A stretch of 64,000 bases of DNA from contig NC_043016.1 of the NCBI RefSeq assembly GCF_006345805.1, forward strand, positions 19,282,001 through 19,346,000, given 5' to 3'. Each line of letters opens with the position of its first letter. Within the stretch, counting starts at the first letter, position 1. Origin of the DNA: Octopus sinensis. Taxonomy: Eukaryota. Below the pieces are notes generated by a model that had not been told where the DNA came from, ran no database searches, and saw only the letters and a list, made by a program, of their open reading frames with translations. Both the position numbers and the translations under genes were made by a program. Below are positions 40,171 to 53,444 of this stretch, in pieces.

Positions 40171-40499
40171 TAATGGTTAAGAAGCATTGCCATACTCCTC
40201 CAAACTCTCAAACTCCTGATACAGTTAAGGTCATACCCAGGACATAGAATATTTAACTATTATATACAACAGTCATAAGGAAGTGGTCTCCCAGAAGACT
40301 CCCCAATTCTTCATTCCACACATAAAAAGCATAGAAGGAATGTGATTACAATTTTATTTCATCTTCAACGAGGGTTTTTAAATTTAGTTATTACATTTAT
40401 ACATAATTGCTCTTCTCTTGTATTCCTTTAGAAATGGGTTGTGTATGTTCGCGCATCGCCGACTACACTCTAGTCAAGAAACGTCAACATTTTCGCCAA

Positions 40500-41890
40500 C
40501 ATCTTGGCACTGACAAAAAATAATTTTATACTATGCAACGGAAATTTTATAAATCATACCCCTCTTGTTTGCGTCCTTCCTTAGCCATGCTATCACTCCT
40601 CGACTCATAGAGCTGGAAAGTCTTCCACTTTGCTGGCGCTTGCACAAAAACATCTTGAAAGTGGTCGCAGAACAAATCTAACATATGTGTGGAAGATTTT
40701 TAGAGCAGATTATCATACAAAAAAGGTGATCTGCGCCCCGTCCAACGACTTACCGCCATCCATTGATCAATTGCTCTTATCGATCTTTCGCAGAACTCCG
40801 GATATGCTATAAGTTGCAGTGAGCCATTGAGACAGACACCAAAACTGACTACTATCTTCGTCCAATCTTCCTCCTTGAAAGGTTGAACAAAGTGTTTGAA
40901 AGCCGCACACATCGACTTAGAATTAAGTACCATGCATCCGTCCCTGTCCATCAATGTTAGAAAGGTAATTCTGTTGGTGTCACTTGATCTACTGCTAGCC
41001 AGGCCCGTCGAATAGCTTTTGTTCCTTATGCAACCTTCGTGTTCTGCATTAAAGAAATGGTCACCGCTTGCACCTCATTTACAATACCTTTCCTAATTGA
41101 CACTTCTAGTACACTCACTAACACCTCTTCTAATCTATATTTCTCAATCGTTAATTTTTTTCATTTCTTTTTGTTGTTAAAATTTACCACAGGCGTGATA
41201 TCACTGATTGTGGACGACAATCTCTGTCAACTGACGCACTGATGCTTAACTAAAATGCTCTTGGAAAATATTCGCTTAACATCCAATAACCAAGTCCCTT
41301 TCTACGAGTCCTATCTAGATTGACTGTGCAGGTCTCAAATGTTTGTTGTGTAGCTGACTACAATTAAATTGTAGACGTCCTACCTAAACTCCGTGGCTGA
41401 TTTAACAGGTACCCTTCTTGATACGATCTAGGAGACCCTAAGCAGTTACTAAACGTACACTGGCACACTCAGGAAATCCAGTTGGTAGCTGTCAGACAAT
41501 CGAAAACAGTTAAGCAGGTTTTGAAACCCCTTTCTTATCAGCTAGTCTCACGTAATCCCATTACGCGTCTACGATTCTGTTCCAGTTTCCTACTTGTACG
41601 AAAAACATGAGATATCCCAAGTATTTCAAGAAGCCTGAAGAAATCCAGCGTACTTTCTTCTGTCAGAGCATAGGTTATTTGCATGAAGGTACCATCTTCG
41701 AGATCCAGGCGTTTGTGAAACAACAATGTTACTTCTATTTTTCCAAAATATGTATATCCATCGTAGTTTCAAAGACGAAGATGAGTGCATGAGTCTCAGA
41801 AATCTTGGTTTTGTTGATTGCTACTACATCTGTTTCTAAGACTGTTAACCAAGTGGCCTTGCTTCCAAGCCGACCCCATTTACAGCAGTG
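40500..41890 (-). mobile_element. Ancient Tx1-like ORF2 fragment (endonuclease to pre-RT linker)
   Basis: Collinear pieces: STLDFFRLLEILG, GFQNLLNCFRLSDSYQLDFP, RKGLGYWML, VLEVSIRKGIVN, and LMDRDGCMVLNSKSMCAAFKHF..CERSI, matching LIDEQGRELLEPKRMCGAFQQHF..CERPI of the young copy. Confidence 0.8.
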
Positions 41891-41974
41891 TTGGTGTGCT
41901 TAATGGAATATTACTGTGTCATATAGTAGCGCTGGAATGATATATGATAATCCTTTCTACTATAGGTACAAGAC

Positions 41975-42127
41975 CAGTAAGGTGAGGTTAAGTCGATTAC
42001 ACCGACTCCAGAGCTCAACTGGTACTTAACTTATCGATCATGAAAGGACGGAAGGCAAAGTCGACGAACGAAATGCCACTAAGTATTTTGCCCGACGTAC
42101 GAACGATTCTGCCAGCTCACCGCCTTA
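41975..42127 (-). mobile_element. SINE family A, degenerate
   Basis: aagtcgattacaccgactccag..ctggtactta..gaaggcaaagtcgac..gattctgccagctcaccgcct. Confidence 0.8.
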
Positions 42128-43341
42128 GAATGATATATGATAACGCCATAATGTTTATGCAGTATTATCGATATATAAGTTATATTTTAAAATGAACGAG
42201 ACCTTAAAGTCAGGCCCGAAATCACTATTTTTAGCCGTTCTGAGGAAATAATTTCGTTTGGGTATGATATACAAACGTTTCGGGTTTTAAGCTCTGATTT
42301 AATGATTGAAAATCTTAACTAATCCAGTGGCACTTCATCAAAGTAATGAGCAGTTGGGGGGGGGACTAGCTTAGTCATTGACAATAGATTGTTTTTTGAT
42401 GTTTTCAATATTTCTATATTCTTTCCTATATTTTATTTTATTTGTTTATATATTATGTTTCCAGTAGTTCTATCTTTGTTTTATTTGTGTCGTTGTTCAC
42501 AATTCTGTTGTATTTTGTAGATGATGTATTGTCTCGTCTTTGAATTCTTTATTTAAGCTCACTCGTTCTTGCCGATGTGTTATAGTTACTTTCTATTCAA
42601 TATCTATACAACTCTTTTGTCTCTCTGCAATCTGTCTCCACTTAATCTTCATGTTGTCAAGCATAGTTTGTTGGCTTTTTTTCTTTAAAATGTGTTTGTC
42701 TTTTTTTTTTTTTCCTTGCTGTTGTTTTGTTGCTACCGTTTCTATTGTTGTTGTTCTTTTCGTTTTTGATGAGACATTGACGCAGATTATTTGCTCATAT
42801 TTGAATATTCCATTTGTTTATCACTTTTGAATTTCAGATATATGTCTCTGAGGCTTTGTTTAGGATTTAGTATTTTGTTTTGTTTTTGTTGTTCCTTTTA
42901 TTTCTCTATCTGATTACCACTTTTAAACATAATGGCTCCATTGATCATTTCTATTAAAATTTAATGGCACCAGTGACCTCTATAATCGTAAATATAACAG
43001 CTACGTTAACCACTTCCATCTACGATATACACATTACGTGGTACTAAACTAGGTACATTATGTGTGTGTGTGTGTGTGTGTGCGCGCGCGCGTGTGTGTG
43101 TGTGCGTGTGCGTGGTGTGCGTGCATGTATGTGTATATATAAATGTAGTTATGTACGTATGTGTGCATATAATATATGTTTGGGTGGGGGTGTGGTTGTG
43201 TGTGGGTGTGTATATATATTATATATTATATATATATATATATATTAGATATATATATATAGGTTATATATATATGTATATATATTATATATAGATATGT
43301 ATATGTATATAATATATATATATATATATATGTATAGTATG

Positions 43342-43375
<34 letters not shown>

Positions 43376-43584
43376 GGTATTATATCTATAATGTATATAT
43401 ATATATATATATGTATATATATAATTATATATTATATATATATATATATGATATATATATATATTATATATATATTATATATTCCTTTCATCTATCTCAA
43501 TAATTCTAATTAAACGGATACCAGTAATAATACTTAAAGCATTTTCTTACGTTGTCATTATCTTTATTATAATCATCACAAACA

Positions 43585-43780
43585 ACGGCGGGCGGTGGAT
43601 GACAGAATCGATAGAACGACTGACAAAATAACCTTGCAGTGTATTTAGCTACATCCTATTCAATTCTCTGTTCAAATCTCGCGAGTTTACGTTTTACTTC
43701 TTCCTTTCGAGGCTGACACATAAAGAATCGATTATGCGCAAGAGGTCGATATAATTGGTGATCCCTCTTCCAACAACTGT
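43585..43780 (+). mobile_element. Very old SINE family A-like copy
   Basis: ggcgggcggtggatgacagaatcgatag..gttcaaatctcgcgag..cctttcgagg..gaggtcgatataatt. Confidence 0.5.
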
Positions 43781-43919
43781 TTCTGTCTTCTCAAAAAAAA
43801 AAAAAAAAGACCACATTGTAAGCATTACTCAATGTCGTCGTCATTATCATATTGTTCCTCTTCTAGTAATCGACGACGAAGGCACACTGTTGTTTCTGCT
43901 ACTGCACTTGTTTTCGTTC

Positions 43920-44007
43920 TTTTATTATTATTATTATCATTATTATCATCATCATTATTATTATTATTATTACTATTATTATTGTTGTTGTTGTTATTAT
44001 TATTATT

Positions 44008-44045
<38 letters not shown>

Positions 44046-44074
44046 TATTATTATTATCATTATTATTATTTTTA

Positions 44075-44139
<65 letters not shown>

Positions 44140-44469
44140 CATCATTATTATTATTACTATTATTATTGTTGTTGTTCTTATTATATTATCATCATCATCA
44201 TCATCATCATCATTATATTCTTCTTATTTATATTATTATCATTATTATTATTATTATTATTATTATCATTATTATCATCATCATTATTATTATTATTACT
44301 ATTATTATTGTTGTTGTTGTTATTATCATCATCATCATTATATTATTATTATTATCATTATTATTATTATTATTATTATCATTATTATTATTATTATATT
44401 ATCATTATTATTATTATTACATCATCATCATCATCATCATTATATATATTATTATTCATTATTATTATT

Positions 44470-44501
<32 letters not shown>

Positions 44502-44660
44502 ATTATTATTATTATATTATTATTATCATCATTATTATTATTACTATTATTATTGTTGTTGTTGTTATTATTATTATTATCATCATCATCATCATCATCA
44601 TCATTATATTCTTCTTCTTCTTATATTATTATTATTATTTTATTATGATTATTATTATAT
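43920..44660. repeat. Mosaic trinucleotide array (ATT/CAT/GTT/CTT)n
   Basis: Direct reading. Flanked by (TA)n/(TG)n blocks at about 43060-43480 and 44750-45515. Confidence 0.95.
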
Positions 44661-45010
44661 TGGATTACATTCTGTTTCGCTTTTGTCGTCGTTGACATTG
44701 TTGTGGCCGTTAATTCTGCAACCAAAATGCAGTAGCCACTGTACTTTGCATACACGCACACACCCCACACACACGCGCATACACACATATACACACACAT
44801 ACATTCGCACACCACACACGCGTATGCACGCACAAACACACATATACACACTCATTCACACATACGTACAACACACACACACATATATAAGATTTTTTTA
44901 CCTACTATTTTACATTCCATTATTACTCTATTCGTTTTGAGTCTCGCCCTTAAAGTTTATATGTGTGTGTGTGTGTGTGTGCGTGTGTGCGTGTGTGTGT
45001 GTGTGTGTGT

Positions 45011-45046
<36 letters not shown>

Positions 45047-45209
45047 AAATTATCAAGCTTTTTTCTTGCAGACCTGGCAGAAGTAGGACGGTATTATTGT
45101 TCACTGAAATTTTTTTCCTGTCATGCCTGTATTAATTTTGTGTTTCCTCCGTAGTATAGAAGTATTTTGACTTTCATTTTTAGCGATGTAGGTGCTCATG
45201 TAGTACCCT

Positions 45210-45269
<60 letters not shown>

Positions 45270-45429
45270 ATATAATAATATATATGTGTGCATATATATG
45301 TACATATATATATATATATGTACATGTATATATATATATGTATATATACATATATATATATGTATATATATATATATATGTATACATATATATATGTATA
45401 ATATATATATATATGTATATATATATATA

Positions 45430-45515
<86 letters not shown>

Positions 45516-46093
45516 TGCACGAAGTGTAAAAATGCTCTTCTAATTCATAGCTAATAATGCTATTTGCCTGCGGACCAGCTATGTTACTGCTATTGATACC
45601 ATCAATTCTAACCTTATCCACAGATGATATTAACAGTAGTGACATCTTATTTCAATTATTATTGACAAACTGACCAGCTGCAAAGATATCAACGAATGTT
45701 TTTCTTCTTCTCTCCTTCTTTTTCTTTAACACACTTTCAGATACAAAAACACACACACACATATACACAACACACACACACACACATGTTCTCTCTCCCT
45801 TTCTCCCCATTCCTCACTCCTTCTACTATCTTATATCTCTCCCCTCCCCTACACACTCAATAATACTATTAAAAAGAATCAAAATTACTGCAAAAGTTAG
45901 TTCAATTTGAAGACTCCACTAGAGTGGATGAAAGCGCTAATATATGATATATGATTTAAAAAACAGGTAACATACTAATAAATGTCTGTAAATATAAAAC
46001 CATCCAGATTTCTGAGTCTCATTTCTTCTAATATATAATACCTATTACATCATCTCCAAACCTTCCTAATATATATATATTAGGGAGTATAGC

Positions 46094-46155
<62 letters not shown>

Positions 46156-46489
46156 TAATAACTCTATTTGCTTATTTATTTAACTATTGTTGATAACCTG
46201 AAGGCTGACTATGATGTTAAATTGAATTGATTTTCGATTAAATTTAAATTTAATTGTAATTCGAATTTAATTATAACCATGAAACGTACGTAGTTTTTCA
46301 CTTATTATATATTGATTATTCATTTTTATACTTTTTGTGATCTAGTTATATGTTTTATAAAAATATATTTTATTTTTATTTATGATTTGGTTTATGTCTA
46401 TCATTGTTTGAATTGCATAATAGTGGGTTTTTTCTCTAATTTATATTATATATATATATGTGTGTGTGTGTGCGTGTGTGTGTGTGTAA

Positions 46490-46539
<50 letters not shown>

Positions 46540-46604
46540 TGTGGATATAGTAATAAAGAAATATAAAATAGTGGGTAAAAAATAACTTAGATGGAAATAA
46601 GATC

Positions 46605-46682
46605 GAAGGCTAGTGCGGGACTCGAATCTGTTTCTTCTGTGACCAAGTGAAATATTCTGACCATCACACAAAAGTAACCTTA
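46605..46682 (-). pseudogene. Degenerate tRNA-like sequence (probably an orphan SINE head)
   Basis: Minus strand ggttacttttgtgtgatggtcagaatatttcacttggtcacagaagaaacagattcgagtcccgcactagcc has A-box-like (tgatggtcag) and B-box-like (gattcgagtcc) motifs about 45 nt apart, but the stems do not close into a cloverleaf. Confidence 0.4.
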
Positions 46683-48384
46683 GGCTTCTCTTCCATTCGA
46701 TTCTATGCATTGATCTTACAAACGATATCTGTTTACATGATAGGAATGTAAAGGCTTCGAGAAGTGAAATACAGAATTTTAAGGGTGAGTCTCAAAGTGT
46801 ATACAGTTATAAATAACATGTATGTCTGTACGTGTATATAAATTTTTGGAGTCCATATAAGATTTTATTTTTAGAATTTATGTGCAATAAATTTGTTATA
46901 CTTCATCAATGAACAAATTATTACAATTCCTTATAGTAGTTGAGTATAAATATATAATAGGACTTTTTAAACGTCGCACGGCTAGGAGAGTCTACCTGAG
47001 TAAAAACATTGCAGCTCAGAGTTCCCCGTTTTACCGATTCTCAAAGCATTAAAGGAAATATACCAAGCAGTCTTATATCAATATATTAAATATAAACCGT
47101 TGAATATGAGACGCACAAAACAATAAAAATTATGTAACAATATAGTACGAAGCAACCCGCCTTTCATTTTCAAGGTATTTTGAAATATTTCAAAAACACA
47201 TTTCAGTTTTTGACAGCAGTGCATTGAATATAAGATGAAGTTAACAAACCGACCGGAACCGATTGGAATTGATTGGTTTCAAGCTTGTAACAGTATTATG
47301 GAAGGGTGCCCATCGTTCTACTCTCAGCGTTTTAAAATATTTCAACGAACTTATTCGATCCATGGCGACGATAAAATATCAGCTCTTAGCTGCCTGTTCA
47401 AGACAGAATGATATTAACAATATATCCTATGTTTTCTCCCGAAATACAAGATCACATCAATTTCTAGTTATACAGAGAGGCGTACATATATATATGCGTG
47501 TGTAATATATGTGGTTATGTGAGTCAGAGAGTGTGTGTGTATATAATATATATATATTATATATATATATATATATCATATATATATATTATATATATAT
47601 ATATGTGTATATACATAAGTATATGGGTGTGTATGGATGGATGTATACATATATTCATATATCATATATACATATACATATATGTTATATATACATATAT
47701 GTGCGTGTATGTATGTAATATATATATATATATATATATATAATACATATATATATTATATATGTACATATACATACATACATACATACATACATACATA
47801 CATACATACATACATACATACATAAACATATACATACATACATACATGCATGACATTTAATGCTGATATTTCACATTTTTTTGTTGTGCATTGCTAAATT
47901 GTGAATTCAGTGTTTAGAATTCTCTAGTATACTTATTTTGCTTATTCAGATCACGTAGTTGATTGAATAACACCAAGAACTGGTATAACCAATTAAATAC
48001 CACGCCTGCAACAGCCTATTACTAGTTCATAAGCAAACTGTCCGTGCAGTTTATATAGAACAATGACATCAGATTGATCATAAAGAATATTGATCGATTC
48101 ATCACAAGTAAAACAAGGAATTTATGGTGCGGTTTAGCTTGAATACAACATATTCGATATTACAGTATTTTGGACATTCTCTTTATATTATTAAATATGG
48201 TACTCAAAACTGGTGCGAATAACCTTTGTAAGGGTAGTTACGTTAAGTATGAGTCATTGGCCTACAAGCTGTTATATGTCATGAAATAGAGAAGAGACCT
48301 GAATCTACCATAGAATACTTTAAATAAATGTAATCAAATCCATAAAGCGACTCGTAAAGTCTGGAGTTGACTCTGAATTCAGAA

Positions 48385-48600
48385 ATTTTAAGGAATTAAG
48401 AAATTAATACCCACTTCCTGGAAACTACGTCAATCTACTGCAGATAATATTGATTTATTTCGATTTGGCGCTAGTGATATTTTTGTTAAGTGTGGCTGAA
48501 TATAAACGATCTCTGTCTTCTTCAGGTTACAAATGGTACTTAATATTTTCCCACTCTTGAACAGATAAGCAACAAATTTCATATGCCTGTGGAATTTTAA
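48385..48600 (-). mobile_element. Possible ancient RTE-type RT fragment
   Basis: LSTICNLKKTEIVYIQP..ILSAVD resembles RTE GLTISxKKTEVMxQP..LxAVDxF; weak similarity. Confidence 0.4.
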
Positions 48601-50118
48601 ATTGGAACGTAGAAGGGGTGAAACTAAATGCCGGTAGACACTCAACAATGGACATCTCTGCTACCCTTCCTCTCTTATCGCAACAATATTCCTAGCTAAC
48701 AAATTTACATTACCAAAATATACAACCCTCAATAAAACACGGTTATCTTTTATTGAAGGCCATTAAATTATTACGCTTTATACACAGATGTCGTTGCTAC
48801 TGTACACGGGCGTCTTAAACTGTATCAAAATAAACAAAATTTAACTAATTGTAAACATTTCTCTCGCCATCACATTATAACTTCATCTTACGGGTAAGCT
48901 GCTTCTGTCTGCTCCTTTACTTCATACCACATTTTTACATATTAGAAGCCTGCCTGCCGGCCAAAGTCATCTGCTTTGTCCGTAGGATCTTTAAGCAAGT
49001 CCTACCAAATTGATTAAACCTTTCTCTTTAAGGATATCAGTGTGAGACATCAATAGTTAAAAACTACACTTTCAGTTCAACTCTATTGTAAAACACTTCA
49101 ACAGCATGATATTTTACCATTCTCCGGGGCAACGCCTTTTCTATTTTTTCAGCAGGTGCCATGAGAAATGTTTCTATATTATGAGAAGCGAGGTTCTTCG
49201 TTAACATTCTATTTACATATACACATACCAGTTATTTTGCATATTACGAAATTATTGACACTACCATTTATCATTTTTTTTAACTTTTTACCATATGTCA
49301 AAACAGTTGGTAGCCATTCATAAAAGAGATACAAAACGAACTCAAAGAGATAAAAATTCGAGGTAATGGCTTCCAAAAGGAACTGTTTGAATCGATTAAG
49401 AATTTGATTTTTATACGAAATGTCGGATGAGAGTTCAAAATTTAAAAATTCGGGAGTAAATAGGTAGATAAATAAGTAGATCAAATAAATATATACAGAT
49501 TCGGGTAAATTCGAGTAAAGGATATCATCTACGGCCGTTTCAAGGGTACAATAAATGTATAAATGGCGTTTTAAGTATTCCAAATACAGAAACATAATGT
49601 CCTAACCCTAACCCTCATCAGGATGGTTTCCTTCATGATGAAATCCTACATGGTAATAATCTATCAAAATGAGAGTTCGATTGAAGAGAGTCCATGTTTA
49701 CTACGTTTACACGAGGACTGTAGTATACAGAGCCACCCTTACACGATGCGATGGCATTACTAGACACTATACGGGCATGACAGCTAATGACTTAGATTCA
49801 GAGACAGAGAAAACTTCACTTCCTTGTCCCGCTTTCTTTTTCCTGATGTCCGAGACGAAACACCCAGCATCAAGTGGACTATTATCGACAGGGCGCCACC
49901 ATATTTACCCAGCGCCCCTAGCTGTGCCTCCGCGAAAAACTGCATATGATCTACCAACCCACAGTATCCATCAACAAGAAATATGAGGGATAGTATTGCT
50001 GTCACCAAGGGTACACCCTTCTGGTAAATTTCAAACCACTGGCCGCCGACATACATCCTTAGTACCAGCCACGCCTAGCACCGCCTACACCAAGGTCACA
50101 GTCACAAATTAGCTCCCA

Positions 50119-50150
50119 GGAGAAGTGTTGGGGATCCCCAACACTTCTCC
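50119..50150. other. Perfect 32-bp spacerless palindrome
   Basis: ggagaagtgttgggga|tccccaacacttctcc; the second half is the exact reverse complement of the first. Confidence 0.97.
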
Positions 50151-50629
50151 ATGCCTGTCTACCAGCATTCTCTCAGCCTTTGTACATCACCCCCTTGTGC
50201 ATGACCACATGAGTGTATGTTCGCGCGCACATGTGCGTGACTGCGCATATGCATCTGCTCACCGTATGCATGTGCACGGATGTGTGTGCGCGGGCGTATA
50301 TGCGTGCACTGTGCGTCTATATACATGTGCACTCGTGCGTGTGCATGTATGTACGCGTGCATATTTGTGTGTATGCGCGCGTGCGCGTGTGCTCGTGTGC
50401 ATATGTACATGGAGATAAAGATGTGTACACGAGTGTGCGTCCGTGTCTGTGTGTGTGTGTGTGTATGAGCGCGCGTGTGTGTGCGTGAGTGCCTTCGTGT
50501 GAGTGTGAGCACGTGCGCGGAAAGTATGAATGTACATCTAAGCACACAAGCACACTCGTATAGGTACGGATGCATACACGCAGTTATATGGGCATATACA
50601 TGTACATATATCATATATAAAAAAAGACT

Positions 50630-50945
50630 CCGCCGGTTACGACGACGAGGGTCCCAGCTGATACGATCAACGGAACAGCTTGCTCGTGAAATTAACGTGC
50701 AAATGGCTGAGCATTCCACAGACACGTGTACCCTTAACGTAGTTCTCGGGGATAATCAGCGTGACACAGAGAGTGACAAGGCTGACCCTTTGAAATACAA
50801 GTACAACTCATTTTTGCCAGCTGAGTGGACTGGAGCAACGTGAAATAAAGTGTCTTGCTCAAGGACACAACGCGTCGCCGGGAATCGAACTCACAACCTT
50901 ACGATCATGAGCCGAATGCCCTAACCACTAAGCCACGCGCCCTCA
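50630..50945 (-). mobile_element. tRNA-derived SINE family C (CORE/V-like central segment)
   Basis: Minus strand gagggcgcgtggcttagtggttagggcattcggctcatgatcgtaaggttgtgagttcgattccc (A and B boxes), then gtgtccttgagcaagacactttatttcacgttgctccagtccactcagctggc. Confidence 0.9.
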
Positions 50946-51147
50946 TATCATATATACCACCACATCTACCACACTTTCCTACTTCCACCCCAACCACACG
51001 ACCGATTTTTTGTCCACCACGCAGTCGATTTCCTGTTCACAAGCGGTCATTTTCCTGTTCGCTATACGGTATTTTCCAGCTAAAAGTTGTCGCTGAATTA
51101 CCAACGCCACACCGCTATGCCGCGTGACCTTTCTCGACCAATCGCAG

Positions 51148-51410
51148 GCTAACATGGTTCCGGGTTCAGTCCCACTGTGTGGCATCTTGGGCAAGCGTCT
51201 TCTGCTATAGCCCCGGGCGGACCAATGCCTTGTGAGTGGATTTGGTAGACGGAAACTGAAAGAAGCCTGTCGTATATATGTATATATATATATATATTTG
51301 TATGTGTGTGTTTGTGTGTCTGTGTATGTCCCCCTAGCGTTGCTTGACAACCGATGCTGGTGTGTTTACGTCCCCGTCACATAGCGGTTCGGCAAAAGAG
51401 ACCGATAGAT
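51148..51410 (+). mobile_element. SINE family B, truncated at both ends
   Basis: Near-identical to 51830-52080. Confidence 0.92.
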
Positions 51411-51655
51411 GGCGCATGCCATCAAAGTGATATTCAGGGTCGTCGTCGTCCTCATCATCGTCATCATCATTATCATCATCATCATCATCATTATTAAACC
51501 AAAAATGAAGTAGATTGACAAGTTTATTTTATGAACATGTGGAAGGCACGATAGATGCTGAAATATCGTTCACTTGATAACAATAGCACTCTTCTTTCTT
51601 TTTTTTTGCCTCTGTATACCTACTGGAGGAGTTATCTCAATCCTCTAAAGTAGTA

Positions 51656-51708
<53 letters not shown>

Positions 51709-51753
51709 TAATATATATAATATAAGCTATATGATATATATTTTCTATATATG

Positions 51754-51784
<31 letters not shown>

Positions 51785-51796
51785 ATAAGTATATAA

Positions 51797-52200
51797 TAGG
51801 AGTGGCTGTGTGGTAAGTAGCTTGCTAACCAACCACATGGTTCCGGGTTCAGTCCCACTGCGTGGCATCTTGGGCAAGTGTCTTCTACTATAGCCTCGGG
51901 CCGGCCAATGCCTTGTGAGTGGATTTGGTAGACGGAAACTGAAGGAAGCCTGTCGTATGTATGTATATATATATATGTGTGTGTGTTTGTGTGTCTGTAT
52001 TTGTCCCCCTAGCATTGCTTGACAACCGATGCTGGTGTGTTTACGTCCCCGTCACTTAGCGGTTCGGCAAAAGTAGATAGAATAAGTACTGGGCTTACAA
52101 AGAATAAGTCCCGGGGTCGATTTGCTCGACTAAAGGCGGTGCTCCAGCATGGCCGCAGTCAAATGACTGAAACAAGTAAAAGAGAGTAAAGAGTAAAGAG
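51797..52200 (+). mobile_element. SINE family B, full length, young
   Basis: aggagtggctgtgtggtaagtagc..gggttcagtccc..cttgggcaagtgtcttctactatagcc.. internal TA/TG microsatellite ..ggcggtgctccagcatggccgcagtcaaatgactgaaacaagtaaaagag. Confidence 0.95.
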
Positions 52201-52651
52201 TATAACATATAATATATATAACATATATAATATATGGTCATTTTTTTTGCCAAATAAATACACGCATTATATATAATTTTTCTTCACTCGTTTATTACTG
52301 TTCTTATTTTATTATTTTAACTCATGTCCATTGTCTGGAAATCTTTCGTCACACCTCTGTGGCCTCTTCAGCGGCAATTCTCGTTTTCGTGTGTGTTCTT
52401 GCTCTACTTACTCCATTCTGTTTTTCTAAGATGTGTATCCTTATGTGCGCATTCGTTTTTTGTCTTAGTTTGTGTGTGTATGTATGCGTGTGTGTATATG
52501 TGTGTGTATGCTTGTGCGCATGTCATAGTTTTTAGCAGCAGCGAGGCCTTCCCCTCAACCCCACAGTGCGGTATTCCTCTGCGTATGTATGCTCTCCCAG
52601 GATGTCTCCCATGATGTACTTATTGCTGTTGTTATTGCTATCGTTGGCACC

Positions 52652-52700
<49 letters not shown>

Positions 52701-52779
52701 CTGACCGTGTTAGTTGTGTTGTTGACATTGTTATGGCCGTTCATGAAGTTTCATGTGTCTGTGTTTGTGTATTTGTATG

Positions 52780-52950
52780 GGTTCGCTCTTGAGTATTCCG
52801 CCGAGGTCGACTTTGCCTTTCATCCTTTCGAGGTCGATAAATTAAGTACCAGTTAAGCACTGGGGTCGATATAATCGACTTAATACCTATGTCTGTCCAT
52901 GTTTGTCCCCTCTATGTTTAGCCCCTTGTGGGTAATAAAGAAATAGGTAC
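52780..52950 (+). mobile_element. SINE family A, 5'-truncated, Tx1-like tail
   Basis: ttccgccgaggtcgactttgcctttcatcctttcgaggtcgataaattaagtaccag..tttgtcccctctatgtttagccccttgtgggtaataaagaaa. Confidence 0.93.
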
Positions 52951-53109
52951 TGATAATCCAGTACAACCTGTCGCATGGTCGGGTCGTCGGCGACTAAACT
53001 GGCAACCCCACCAGGCTTGCTTGGTGAGGATGGTGTTGTTATGTGGAATGAAAAATAAGACCTGTCAAAGGGCAGATAAACTCCTGAACAGTCAACGACC
53101 ATCCAACTA

Positions 53110-53395
53110 AATGTCTGTAAATATGTAAATACCTTTTTTATATGTATATATGTATATTTTACTCTCTCGTGATCTCTTAAGCACCACCAGCTCAAATATT
53201 TTCTCCTCTGTCTTCCCTCCTTGGGATCTTTCCTTCTCCTTGTTTCCGACGAAGAGCTCCGCTCGAAACGTTAAACCCTCCTTCCCTTCTTTCCTGAGCG
53301 TCAATAATACTTTAATTGTTCCACGTCCTACGTTGCTGTGTTTTTTTTTCTCTTTTTTTTCTCTTTTTTTCTGTGTTTTCTTGTTTTGATTAACT
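53110..53395 (+). mobile_element. Penelope-like pseudo-LTR fragment with a minimal hammerhead-like motif at 53242-53276
   Basis: gttt CCGACGA A GAGC-tcc-GCTC GAA ACGT T aaac: 4-bp stem I, 4-bp stem II and palindromic ACGU stem III, with a U4C deviation in the core. The element ends in (TA)n. Confidence 0.6.
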
Positions 53396-53444
53396 ATATA
53401 TATAATATATTGTATATTTTTACTTTATATATATATATATTTAG

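Noticed and set aside
43755-44940. 200-297-aa poly-Y/H/I/L/S ORFs
   Set aside because: Trinucleotide mosaic open in several frames; no coding signal.
46605-46682. Functional tRNA gene
   Set aside because: A- and B-box-like motifs are present, but the acceptor and anticodon stems do not pair.
47241-47363. 40-aa minus-strand ORF with strong Kozak context (gtcgccATGG)
   Set aside because: Too short, with no homology and no supporting promoter or splice evidence.
48800-49200. Another Tc1/mariner-superfamily remnant on the minus strand
   Set aside because: Only a faint LWP..MWYEVKE resemblance and a TIR-like tacacgggcgtc; too weak to call.
49601-49615. Interstitial telomeric repeat (CCCTAA)
   Set aside because: Only about 2.5 units; expected by chance or within repeats.
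49669-50056. Overlapping 105-aa (+) and 90-aa (-) ORFs as genes
   Set aside because: No recognisable domain; lengths are compatible with chance or a decayed retroelement.
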